From NCBI GenBank assembly GCA_963728945.1, contig CAVSMA010000001.1:837572-901571 (forward strand): a stretch of 64,000 bases of DNA, in the 5' to 3' direction. Made by a program: the position numbers and the translations under genes. Positions within the stretch are counted from its first letter, which is position 1. Every line of letters starts with the position of its first letter. Below the pieces are notes generated by a model. That model was given only the letters and a program-made list of their open reading frames with translations, made no database searches and was not told the DNA's origin. This document shows, piece after piece, positions 38,450 to 46,624 of this stretch. The stretch comes from an uncultured Actinomycetota bacterium (GTDB lineage Bacteria; Actinomycetota; Actinomycetes; Mycobacteriales; CADCTP01).

Positions 38450-39655
38450 GTGCACGGCGACCGCTATTACGTTCCTGGATTGGATGGCGTTCGTGCCGTG
38501 GCAATTCTTCTGGTCCTCGGCCAACATGCTCCGACCAGGCCGCTCATCGACGGTTTCGTCGGTGTGACGGTGTTCTTCTGCCTGTCGGGGTTCCTCATCA
38601 CCACCCTATTGGTCCGCGAACTCGACGGCGGCACGATCGATGTGCGCGCGTTCTATCGCCGGCGCGTGGCGCGCCTCTGGCCGGCGTTGCTGACGGTCGT
38701 CGCGGTGACGGTCGTGGTGCTGCTCATAGATCGACGAGCATTTCCCGATCCGGTGCATCTCAGTGTCGGCCAGATCTTCGCACCCGCCGGTGCGGCGGTC
38801 GTATATACGACGAGCCTCTTCGACTGGTCCGGTCACTTCTTCGCTACGCAGGACTACCTCAACTTCACCTGGTCGCTGTCGATCGAAGAGCAGTACTACC
38901 TGCTGTGGGCATTCGCACTGCTCTTGGCCTATCGCCGCAACCCTAGGCTGTTCGCCGCGCTCACCGCGACGTTCATCGGGATCACCCTGGCGCTCAACCT
39001 CTACCTCGGACTGAGCCGAGAGGTGTTCTTCGATCGGCACGAGTACGTCGGGAGTGACACGAACGCTCTGCCTATCCTGGTCGGCTCATTGCTCGCGATC
39101 GTCGTTCACAACCATTGGTTGCCTCGTACGCTCCGATATCTTGCGCCCGGCGCGCTGCTGGCCGTTTTCCTCCTGCCCGTCCTCGCCTACCGGAACGACA
39201 CCGAGCGCACCTCCCTGGTGACCGTCGCTGGGACCGTGCTGGCGCTCGTCATGTTGATCGGAGTCCTGATACGACCGGGATCGGCAATTGGTTCGATGCT
39301 GGCGAGCGGCCCGATGCGGTGGCTCGGCGAGCGGTCGTATTCCATCTATCTCTGGAACGATCTGGCGCGCATCCTCATACTCAAGGCGCTTGGATATACG
39401 CTGCTCGGTGACGTCGTGTGGATCGTGGTGTTCGTCGTGGTGGCCGAGACCAGCTTCCGGTTCGTCGAGCGCCCGCTGCGGGCCAAATTCGCGCGGAGAT
39501 CCGGTGTGCCACGAACTCGGAGCGCCACGCCGCCGCGGCGGATGCGCCTGCCGCAGCTCACACACCGCCTCCATCTCCCGGCGAAGCCTGGCGCGGACAC
39601 CAGCCCGGCCGCCGTGGCCGATCCCTCGGAGCAGCTAGGCCAGGTACGGCCGTAG
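38450..39655 (+). CDS. acyltransferase family 3 (membrane O-acyltransferase)
   Basis: 401 aa. YVPGLDGVRAVAILLVLGQH...VTVFFCLSGFLIT signature and about 10 TM segments. GC is visibly lower than in the flanks. Confidence 0.85.
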   Translation: MHGDRYYVPGLDGVRAVAILLVLGQHAPTRPLIDGFVGVTVFFCLSGFLITTLLVRELDGGTIDVRAFYRRRVARLWPALLTVVAVTVVVLLIDRRAFPDPVHLSVGQIFAPAGAAVVYTTSLFDWSGHFFATQDYLNFTWSLSIEEQYYLLWAFALLLAYRRNPRLFAALTATFIGITLALNLYLGLSREVFFDRHEYVGSDTNALPILVGSLLAIVVHNHWLPRTLRYLAPGALLAVFLLPVLAYRNDTERTSLVTVAGTVLALVMLIGVLIRPGSAIGSMLASGPMRWLGERSYSIYLWNDLARILILKALGYTLLGDVVWIVVFVVVAETSFRFVERPLRAKFARRSGVPRTRSATPPRRMRLPQLTHRLHLPAKPGADTSPAAVADPSEQLGQVRP

Positions 39656-39850
39656 ATCAGGTTGCCCGCTCACGCCGTCCCAACCTGCCACCGGCTTCCG
39701 TTCGGGCGTCGCGTCGGCACGTACGCGGGTGCGGGTCGTGGGACACTGACGGCGGCTCCGGACGCCGACGAGGGACCAGAGCCGGCCTGTGGACCAGACG
39801 TGGACCAGAGCGGGTACGCGAGCGATGGTCGAGCGTGAAAGCCGCAGGTG

Positions 39851-39935
39851 GGAGGGCTCGCCTAGTGGCCGATGGCGGCGGTCTTGAAAACCGCTAGGAG
39901 CTTGCTCCTCGTGGGTTCGAATCCCACGCCCTCCG
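39851..39935 (+). tRNA. tRNA-Ser (anticodon TGA)
   Basis: Hand-folded. Acceptor GGAGGGC/GCCCTCC; anticodon stem GCGGT/ACCGC with loop CTTGAAA (anticodon TGA); long variable arm; T-arm GTGGGTTCGAATCCCAC. CCA is not encoded. Confidence 0.9.
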
Positions 39936-40589
39936 CACTTCGGACCATGTCAGCTCCAGCGCCGAGTCCAGGTCCAGAGCGCGCAGGCGGTCGGCTGTCG
40001 CCCCGGCCCATCTGCGGGCCAGCGCGAGCACCTGCGGCATGGTCGCGGCGTGGCATTCCTGGACGGACTCGACTCCTCGTTCGACTGCTGAGAGCAGCGG
40101 CAGCAGAGCGGCCCAGGTCTGCAGGTGACCACCGAGCGGGCCGTCGCGCTCCGGCCATCGCCGCGCCATCTGATCGTTGAGCTGTGGCAACCGCTCCACG
40201 CCGCGCCACATCGGGTCCGGGGCGGCGTACCGGACGACGCCGAGATGGCTGTGCAGCACTGCCGCGGTGCAGAGGAAGCACGGCTCGAGGGTGGTGTAAA
40301 GGGTGTGGTGGCGGTAGTCACCGGGCGGCACTGTGGCGAGCGCGTTGATCTCGGCGTGGGCGATGTAGCTGCCGGCGACGTGCCCCGCAGGGCCGGTCCT
40401 CTCGTTACTCCGATTTCGACCGGAGCTGACCTTCTCGCCGTTCGGATCGACGAGAACCGCTCCTACCGGGATGCTCCCGGTTTGGAACGCCTGCCATGCC
40501 AGCAGAAAGCATGGTCGCCACACCGGGTCCACGCATGCGAACGGGTCCGTCGGCGTCGCCACCACCACAGGAGCGTCCCACGGCCCCAC
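39894..40589 (-). CDS. nucleoside/tRNA-adenosine deaminase-like protein (CDA superfamily)
   Basis: IPVGAVLVDPNG...HAEINAL...LYTTLEPCFLCTAAV is the H(A)E / PCxxC zinc-deaminase signature with TadA-like spacing. There is a roughly 80-aa C-terminal extension whose last 14 codons run antisense through the tRNA-Ser gene. Confidence 0.75.
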   Translation of the reverse strand: MGPWDAPVVVATPTDPFACVDPVWRPCFLLAWQAFQTGSIPVGAVLVDPNGEKVSSGRNRSNERTGPAGHVAGSYIAHAEINALATVPPGDYRHHTLYTTLEPCFLCTAAVLHSHLGVVRYAAPDPMWRGVERLPQLNDQMARRWPERDGPLGGHLQTWAALLPLLSAVERGVESVQECHAATMPQVLALARRWAGATADRLRALDLDSALELTWSEVRRAWDSNPRGASS

Positions 40590-40627
40590 CGCGCCGAAGC
40601 CCAGGCGGTCATAGCTAGGGTTCCGGG

Positions 40628-40765
40628 ATGGATCAGCAGGGCGGCGCAGCCGACGGCCCGGCTCCGATCGTGGAGTTGGCGGCGATCACGGTGGACTGTC
40701 TGGACCTGCGGCCGATGATCGACTTCTACGCGCACGCGTTCGGCGCGCGGACCTTGCCGAGATGA
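40628..40765 (+). pseudogene. possible truncated N-terminal fragment of a VOC/glyoxalase gene
   Basis: A hand-translated 45-codon ORF, MDQQGGAADGPAPIVELAAITVDCLDLRPMIDFYAHAFGARTLPR*, looks like the first beta-alpha-beta unit of a VOC protein and then stops abruptly. Confidence 0.35.
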
Positions 40766-40827
40766 CCGCCGCCGCTGACCCAGTGAATGCGGCCGCGTCA
40801 GCCCCGTTGGGATGACGCGGCCGGTCG

Positions 40828-41430
40828 TCACGGGATGGCGGTCGCCCGGGCGTCCTCGGCGTCGAGTTGGCGCCCGGCGTGGCGGAGTGAGAAGGCCAGC
40901 ATGATCTGCGTGAATCCGCGGATCAGTGCCATGAAGCCGACCCAGAACAGGATCAGGAACGCCCGGTTCGCCAGGTTGAACTCGCGGTCCGAACTGGACA
41001 CCCAGAAGGCCAGCAGGATCAGCAGGATCCCGGTGACCAGGCCTATCCACCAGAACCGGTTCTCGTCCCGCGAGGCCACGCCCCGCACGATCTCGAAGGC
41101 CCCGTAGAACAGCAGGATGAGACCAAGTACGGACGCGAGAGCGAAGAACGTGTTGATCGGCCGGATGAACGCCCACAGACCACCGAGCAGGAAGATGACC
41201 CCCATCGCGTAGTGCAGGAACTTCCAGCCTCCGCCGACGGCGCCGGCGAAGACCACCTCGTTGATCCCGGCCGCGATGAACAGGATGCCCAGCAGTATGC
41301 CGACCGTCGTCAGCGAGGTGATGTTCGCGCGCAGCACCAGCCACGCGACCACCAGCCAGGCGAGGCCGGATATCAGCAGGACCCACCAGTAGCGGCTGCC
41401 TTCCCGCAGGAGCACGCGTCCCTCGAACAT
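40828..41430 (-). CDS. HdeD-family (DUF308) membrane protein
   Basis: 200 aa with six TM helices in the repeated DUF308 pattern (WWVLLISGLAWLVVAWLVL; LGILFIAAGINEVV; LLFYGAFEIVRG). Confidence 0.8.
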   Translation of the reverse strand: MFEGRVLLREGSRYWWVLLISGLAWLVVAWLVLRANITSLTTVGILLGILFIAAGINEVVFAGAVGGGWKFLHYAMGVIFLLGGLWAFIRPINTFFALASVLGLILLFYGAFEIVRGVASRDENRFWWIGLVTGILLILLAFWVSSSDREFNLANRAFLILFWVGFMALIRGFTQIMLAFSLRHAGRQLDAEDARATAIP

Positions 41431-41590
41431 GGTCTCTCCTCGACCTCACGAGCGCTGTGACACGGTGCGGGTGATGATCGCGCGTTCGGTCACCGCACGA
41501 CAACGACCGGTGGGCGAACAACTGCCGTGTCGGGCCGCGCGGCACTGCTACCGTTTCCGCCCGCGATCATGGGATACGAGGGGGAAGCCG

Positions 41591-42304
41591 GTGCGGAAAG
41601 GCGTTGTGGCCGTGACCGTCGCTGCCGCGCTGGCACTGGTCGGTGCGCTGGTGGCCGGGCCGTCGAGTCCGGCCGGGGCGGCCGCGACCACGGCCGGTCA
41701 GGTGGTCACCGTCTCCGCGCCGAGCGCGACGAGCACCGTGGCGACCGTGGAGGCGTGGGCCCGCCAGCCCGACGGGCGCTACAAGCGGGTCGCCCGCTTC
41801 CCGAACGCGCGGATCGGCTCCCAGGGCATGGGCGCGACCTCCGAGGGCCTGTCCCGGACGCCCACCGGCCGCTACAAGCTGAGCCAGCCGTTCGGGATCA
41901 AGCCCAACCCCGGCGTCAGCACCTCCTACTTCCAGGTCGACCGGAACGACGTGTGGACCGGGTCCACCGGCACCGTGATCAACCAGCACCGCCGCTGCGC
42001 CCCCGGCACCTGCCCGGCCGGCTACGGCTCCATCGAGCGGCTGAGCAGCTTCCCCGGCTCGTACGACTACGGCGTGTTCATCGGCTACAACGCGCCGGCC
42101 CCGTACGGGACGGGTGCGGTCCGCGGCAAGGGGTCGGCGTTCTTCCTGCACGTGAAGAACTCCTCCGCGACCGCCGGCTGCGTCGCCGTCGCGGCGTCGG
42201 AGCTGGTCTGGCTGATGCGCTGGTTCCGGTCCGCCGCCGGCCCGATCATCGCGATCGGCGTCGGTGCCAACGCCTACAACCCGATCCCGAACCGCTACGT
42301 CTGA
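41591..42304 (+). CDS. L,D-transpeptidase-family protein (YkuD-like), secreted
   Basis: GTG at 41591 with a signal peptide. The catalytic region GSAFFLHV...SATAGCVAV has the His...Gly-Cys arrangement of YkuD domains. Confidence 0.75.
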   Translation: MRKGVVAVTVAAALALVGALVAGPSSPAGAAATTAGQVVTVSAPSATSTVATVEAWARQPDGRYKRVARFPNARIGSQGMGATSEGLSRTPTGRYKLSQPFGIKPNPGVSTSYFQVDRNDVWTGSTGTVINQHRRCAPGTCPAGYGSIERLSSFPGSYDYGVFIGYNAPAPYGTGAVRGKGSAFFLHVKNSSATAGCVAVAASELVWLMRWFRSAAGPIIAIGVGANAYNPIPNRYV

Positions 42305-42326
42305 GGCGTCGACGGACCAGGCCTGC

Positions 42327-42974
42327 CTACCCGAGCGCGGGCGTCTTGGCCAGGACCCGGCCCGCCTCGCCGGCCGCGGACAGCGCCGAGGCGTGCATCT
42401 CGTGCGCCAGGTCGCGGAACCCGTCCAGCGCGGGGTTGACGCCGACCAGCGTGAACTCCCGCTCCACCACGGTCAGGTCGGCACCCCAGACGTCGGCCAG
42501 CATCCGCCGCAGGTATCCGGTCGAATGGTCCCAGCCCTCCCGTGGCGTGCCGGTCCCGTACGCGCCGCCGCGGACCGTGGCCAGCACGACCGGACTGCCG
42601 GCCAGCAGCTGTCCCTGCTTGGCCCGCGGGTCGGTCATCACCAGGTCGAACCAGGCCTTGGCGTGCTGCGAGACGCCGAAGTTGTACAGCGGGACGGCGA
42701 GCAGGATCGCGTCGGCGTGGAGCAGCTCGTCGGTCAACTGCGCCGCCAGCGCGAGCGCCGCGTGCTGCTCCGGCGTCCGCTGCTCGTCGGGCACGAAGCC
42801 GGCCGCGACCGCCAGCGGCCACGCGGTGGACGGGAGCGGGTCGACGCCCAGGTGCCGGCGGACGACCGGGTCGCCGGGGTGGGTGGCGACCCACTCCTCC
42901 TCGACGATGTCGGCGATCTCGCGGCTGGCGGAACCGTCGACGCGGATGCTCGCGTCCAGGCGGAACAGTGACAT
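42327..42974 (-). CDS. azoR: FMN-dependent NADH-azoreductase
   Basis: ATG at 42974. MSLFRLDASIR...SREIAD... and LLAVPLYNFGVSQHAKAWFD are AzoR/flavodoxin-like fold signatures. Divergent from an HxlR regulator. Confidence 0.85.
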   Translation of the reverse strand: MSLFRLDASIRVDGSASREIADIVEEEWVATHPGDPVVRRHLGVDPLPSTAWPLAVAAGFVPDEQRTPEQHAALALAAQLTDELLHADAILLAVPLYNFGVSQHAKAWFDLVMTDPRAKQGQLLAGSPVVLATVRGGAYGTGTPREGWDHSTGYLRRMLADVWGADLTVVEREFTLVGVNPALDGFRDLAHEMHASALSAAGEAGRVLAKTPALG

Positions 42975-43055
42975 GGTCGGTGTCTCCACTTCGAGAGTAC
43001 GTGCCGCTTCGTTTTCCAAAGTAACATGCCGAAGGGGAGTCGGTACGATGTGACT

Positions 43056-43406
43056 ATGGCGACGCACGAGCCGGAGCAGGGCGTACACACGCCTGCGATC
43101 TGCGACGCTGCGTTGACTCAGGCGTTCGGCCTGCTCGGCAAGCGGTGGAACGGGATGATCCTCGGCGCGCTCATGGGCGGCCCGGCCGGCTTCTCCGAGC
43201 TGCGGCGCGCGCTGGGCGGGATCAGCGACTCGGTGCTGTCCGAGCGGCTGTCCGAGCTCACCACCGCCGACCTGCTGATACGCGAGGTCGATCCGGGCCC
43301 ACCGGTGGGAGTCCGCTACCGGCTGGCCCCGCGGGGCGAGGCGCTCGTGCCGGTGCTGCGCGACCTCATGGTGTGGGCCAGGGGCAACCTGCAGCCGACC
43401 GAGTGA
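43056..43406 (+). CDS. HxlR-family transcriptional regulator
   Basis: AFGLLGKRWNGMILGALMGGPAGFSELRRALGGISDSVLSERLSEL...VRYRLAPRGEAL is the HxlR winged-helix signature. Confidence 0.85.
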   Translation: MATHEPEQGVHTPAICDAALTQAFGLLGKRWNGMILGALMGGPAGFSELRRALGGISDSVLSERLSELTTADLLIREVDPGPPVGVRYRLAPRGEALVPVLRDLMVWARGNLQPTE

Positions 43407-43464
43407 TCCACTCGTCACAGTAGGCCCGGTCACATACCGGGCGGTCCCGGGCACTGCTAACCTC

Positions 43465-43560
43465 GGTGGTGAAGGGGAGTAGCCCTAATTCCCGGATCGA
43501 CATGCTGGCGCCGCGGCGCCCGGTCCGGGAAGCCGCCAGGCGGGCGAGACCTTCGACCTG
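43465..43560 (+). promoter_or_regulatory. yybP-ykoY (Mn2+) riboswitch aptamer
   Basis: 5' GAAGGGGAGUAGCC ... UCGACAUGC ... GGCGAGACCUUC 3' reproduces the conserved GGGGAGUAG, GACAU(A/G)C and (A/G)AGACCUU(U/C)C blocks and the P1 pairing GAAGG/CCUUC. It lies directly upstream of a UPF0016/GDT1 cation exporter gene. Confidence 0.75.
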
Positions 43561-43633
43561 TCAGCCCATGTCGGGCCGGGTCGAAGGCGGGCGTGCCCTT
43601 CGACCCGGACCGGCGCGAGCGGAAGAGAGTTTC

Positions 43634-44212
43634 GTGCTCGGAGCGGTCCTGCTCAGCTTCGGCGTCATCTTCGTCGCCGAGCTCGGCGACAAGAGCCAGC
43701 TGATGGCGCTGGCGTTCGCGACCCGATACCGCGCGGTGCCGGTGTTGATCGGGATCACCATCGCCACCGCGGTGGTGCACCTGATCAGCGTGCTCATCGG
43801 TGCCGGGCTCGGCGCGACGTTGCCGACCACCTGGATCACCCTGGCCGCCGGCCTCGCGTTCTTCGGCTTCGCCGCCTGGACGCTGCGCGGCGACGAGCTG
43901 TCCAGCGATGAGGCCGGCAAGGCCAACCGCTCCACCCGGTCGGCGGTGATCGCCGCGTCGGCCGCGTTCTTCCTGGCCGAGCTCGGCGACAAGACGATGC
44001 TCGCCACCATCACGCTCGCCACCACCGAGGGCTTCCTCGGCACCTGGATCGGCTCGACCGTCGGCATGGTCGCCGCCGACGCGCTCGCCATCCTGGTCGG
44101 CCAGCAGCTGGCCAAGCGGGTCTCCGAGAAGGTGATCCGGTATGCGGCGGCCGCCTCGTTCGTCGTCTTCGGTGCCCTCCTGGTGGCGGAGGCGGTCCGC
44201 GACCTCGCGTAG
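43634..44212 (+). CDS. TMEM165/GDT1 (UPF0016) family cation (Mn2+/Ca2+) transporter
   Basis: GTG at 43634 after GGAAGAGAG. Two copies of the E-x-G-D-K-(S/T) motif (AELGDKSQL, AELGDKTML). Six TM helices. Confidence 0.85.
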   Translation: MLGAVLLSFGVIFVAELGDKSQLMALAFATRYRAVPVLIGITIATAVVHLISVLIGAGLGATLPTTWITLAAGLAFFGFAAWTLRGDELSSDEAGKANRSTRSAVIAASAAFFLAELGDKTMLATITLATTEGFLGTWIGSTVGMVAADALAILVGQQLAKRVSEKVIRYAAAASFVVFGALLVAEAVRDLA

Positions 44213-44264
44213 GACGTACGGGTTGACGTGACAGGCGTCGACCCCGACAACCGGTCCGGACTCC

Positions 44265-45017
44265 TCAGAGCAGGTCGGCCTGCAGCACCGCGCGCATCGT
44301 CGCCAGCGTCGCGGTGCCGCCGAGGTCGGCGAACAGCTCCGCGCTGGTGATGCCCATCGCGTCCAGGTCGGGCAGCGCCCGGGTGGCGGCCGCGGCCGGG
44401 AGCACGCACTTGGTCAGCGCGACGCCCTCGGCGTTCTGCTCGACGTACTCTTCCAGGCTCCCGACCGACGCCCGGCACAGCGTGAACCGGCCGCCCTGGG
44501 CTCGGAGCCGGTCGTTGCGGATCGGCGGCACGGTCACCACCTCGACCCCGTCCGCCCGCGACCACACCGGGTTGTCCAGGTGCAGCACCCAGATCGCCAC
44601 GTGCGCGAACCGTTCCGGCGTACGGGTCAGGTGGTCGGCGAAGGCGAAGAACGCGGCCACGTACGGGCTGGTGGACCAGTCGAGCAGCCGGGTCGGCAGC
44701 CCGTAGTGCTGGCCGAGGGCCCAGAGCGTGCGGTCCTCGGCCAGCAGCGCCGGGTCGACGCCGGCCTCCTCGCAGCCACGCCGCCACTCCTGCACCAGCC
44801 GGTGCCAGAGCGCCATCCGGCGCTCGGTCGGCACGGTCGCGAAGCGACGGTCGAAATGGGACCGAAGGTCGTAGTCGGCGTCGGCGGAGCCGCGGAACAG
44901 GTACCGGCCGTGCCGGAAGATGCCGTCGCCGAACAGCTCGACGAACGCGTCCCGGGTGAACTCGGTCCAGTCGCCGAACTTCAGCACCCGGACCGCTGAC
45001 CCTGGCCGGATGGTCAC
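44265..45017 (-). CDS. FRG-domain protein
   Basis: 250 aa. YLFRGSADADYDL (the name-giving FRG motif), GLPTRLLDWSTSPYVAAFFA and NDRLRAQGGRFT are the conserved FRG-domain blocks (PF08867, from memory). The GTG start overlaps the upstream stop (GTGA at 45014-45017). Confidence 0.72.
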   Translation of the reverse strand: MTIRPGSAVRVLKFGDWTEFTRDAFVELFGDGIFRHGRYLFRGSADADYDLRSHFDRRFATVPTERRMALWHRLVQEWRRGCEEAGVDPALLAEDRTLWALGQHYGLPTRLLDWSTSPYVAAFFAFADHLTRTPERFAHVAIWVLHLDNPVWSRADGVEVVTVPPIRNDRLRAQGGRFTLCRASVGSLEEYVEQNAEGVALTKCVLPAAAATRALPDLDAMGITSAELFADLGGTATLATMRAVLQADLL

Positions 45018-46576
45018 GACGCGCTCCGCACCGAGGTCAGCCCGACGCTGCGGGCCAGCACCGGGTGCACGACGTAGTTGTCGACCTCCGGGGGCAGGGT
45101 GAACTCCTCCACGTCGCCGAGCGCGTAGAACCGCCGCTCGCCGCGCTCGTCGAGATAGCCGAGCAGGCCGTTCTGCCAGAGCACCGAGCTGATCTCGGTC
45201 GCGCTCTCGAAGTGCGGGTTGGCGATCTCCTTGAGGCTGTCGAGGTCCGCCCGCGGGATCACGTCCGCCTTCACCAGCCGCAGGAACGAGCGCATGTCCT
45301 CGACGATCGTCGTGAGGTATGCCTGGTCGCCGGTGAACGCGCCGGAGAAGTCATACCGGCCCGCGTTGGCCGGCATCAGGTCGGCGGCGATCTGGTTCGC
45401 GCACTGGGCCAGCTGGGAGTCGCCGAACTGCTTGGCGCATCGGGCGACCGTGTCCTTGAGCACCAGCTCGGGCAGCTCGTCCCGGCCGGCCTTGCGGTGC
45501 CTGAGCACCTCCTGGGACAGCGCGTTGCCGAGCGAGACCACGTCGCGGGGGATCATCCGGGTGTGCCGGAGCAGGTAGTCCTCGATCGCCTCCGTGCCGC
45601 CCCAGTCGTCGGCGACCGAGCCGATGCCGAGCCAGTCCCGCACCGACACCGCGTGCGGCGGCTGGCGCATCAGCGCGCTGCGCGGCAGCCGCTCGAGCTT
45701 CTGCCGGAGCAGGTGCAGCAGTGCGTCCTTGTCCCAGGACAGCAGCCGGATGTGTGGCTCGTTCAGGTAACGCGGCGCGTGCTCGGACCGGTAGACCGCG
45801 GACATCACGATGTCCCGGATGGACACCACCACGTGCAGCCGGCCGCCCAGGCGCGGATCCCGCAGCAGCCGCATCACCTGGTAGAACAGGCCCTCCTGGC
45901 AGCGCAGCCAGTGCATCGGCGCGTGCCCGAACTCCTCGTCCACGGCGTCCAGGTAGAAGTAGACCGGCTTGGTCGTGCCGAGCACCTCCGCCAGCAGGTC
46001 CTTCAGGTCGTCCCAGAGCGGGTCGTTGAGGTAGGCGGTCAGCTGCCGAGCGGTGTCCTGTTCGTTGACCACGTTGGCCAGCTCGGAGTAGACGTCCCGG
46101 GGCCGGCGCACCTCGCCGAGCAAGCGGCCGTAGCCGTCCAGGAGCTCCTGCCGGTGCTCCTCGCTGACCTGGTGGCGCAGCTCCCGGTGCAGCAGCAGGT
46201 GGGTGGTCAGCGCCCGCAGGATCGCCCGGTCCCAGACCTGCGCCCACTTCTCGGCGAGCACCTGGCCGCTGAACCACTGTCCGGCGGTGACGATCACCTC
46301 GGTGGTCGGCGGGTCGTACTCGGGCAGGTGCGCGTAGACCGACTCCTCGTGCGCCTGGTGGTCCTGCAGCCGTCGCATGTAGACGGTCTTGCCGGCGCCG
46401 AGCTTGCCGGCGATCACCCGCACCTTGGAGTCGTCGGCCCGGGTGGCCAGCCCGCCGAACCCGGGGTCCGCGTCGAACTCGACGAACTCGCTGAGCACGT
46501 CGTCCAGCTCGGCCCGCGATCCGTCCGGGCTGCCGAACAGGCCGGCGACATCGACAGTCCCCTGGTTGGCCTTCAT
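45014..46576 (-). CDS. P-loop NTPase (STAND/NACHT-like), uncharacterised
   Basis: 520 aa. Walker A IAGKLGAGKTVY, Walker B PVYFYLDAVDEEF, then HVVVSIRD (sensor-like strand) and a roughly 250-aa helical C-terminal region. No TM segments or repeats recognised. Confidence 0.75.
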   Translation of the reverse strand: MKANQGTVDVAGLFGSPDGSRAELDDVLSEFVEFDADPGFGGLATRADDSKVRVIAGKLGAGKTVYMRRLQDHQAHEESVYAHLPEYDPPTTEVIVTAGQWFSGQVLAEKWAQVWDRAILRALTTHLLLHRELRHQVSEEHRQELLDGYGRLLGEVRRPRDVYSELANVVNEQDTARQLTAYLNDPLWDDLKDLLAEVLGTTKPVYFYLDAVDEEFGHAPMHWLRCQEGLFYQVMRLLRDPRLGGRLHVVVSIRDIVMSAVYRSEHAPRYLNEPHIRLLSWDKDALLHLLRQKLERLPRSALMRQPPHAVSVRDWLGIGSVADDWGGTEAIEDYLLRHTRMIPRDVVSLGNALSQEVLRHRKAGRDELPELVLKDTVARCAKQFGDSQLAQCANQIAADLMPANAGRYDFSGAFTGDQAYLTTIVEDMRSFLRLVKADVIPRADLDSLKEIANPHFESATEISSVLWQNGLLGYLDERGERRFYALGDVEEFTLPPEVDNYVVHPVLARSVGLTSVRSAS

Positions 46577-46624
46577 GCGCGCACCCTCGACCCCGGCTAC
46601 CGGCGTTCGCAGATTACTCTACGG

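Noticed and set aside
45065-46600. N-terminal ~520 codons of the 989-aa (+) ORF 45065..48034
   Set aside because: Exactly antisense to the P-loop NTPase gene and without motifs. Only the part downstream of about 46625, beyond the NTPase start, is treated as a gene.
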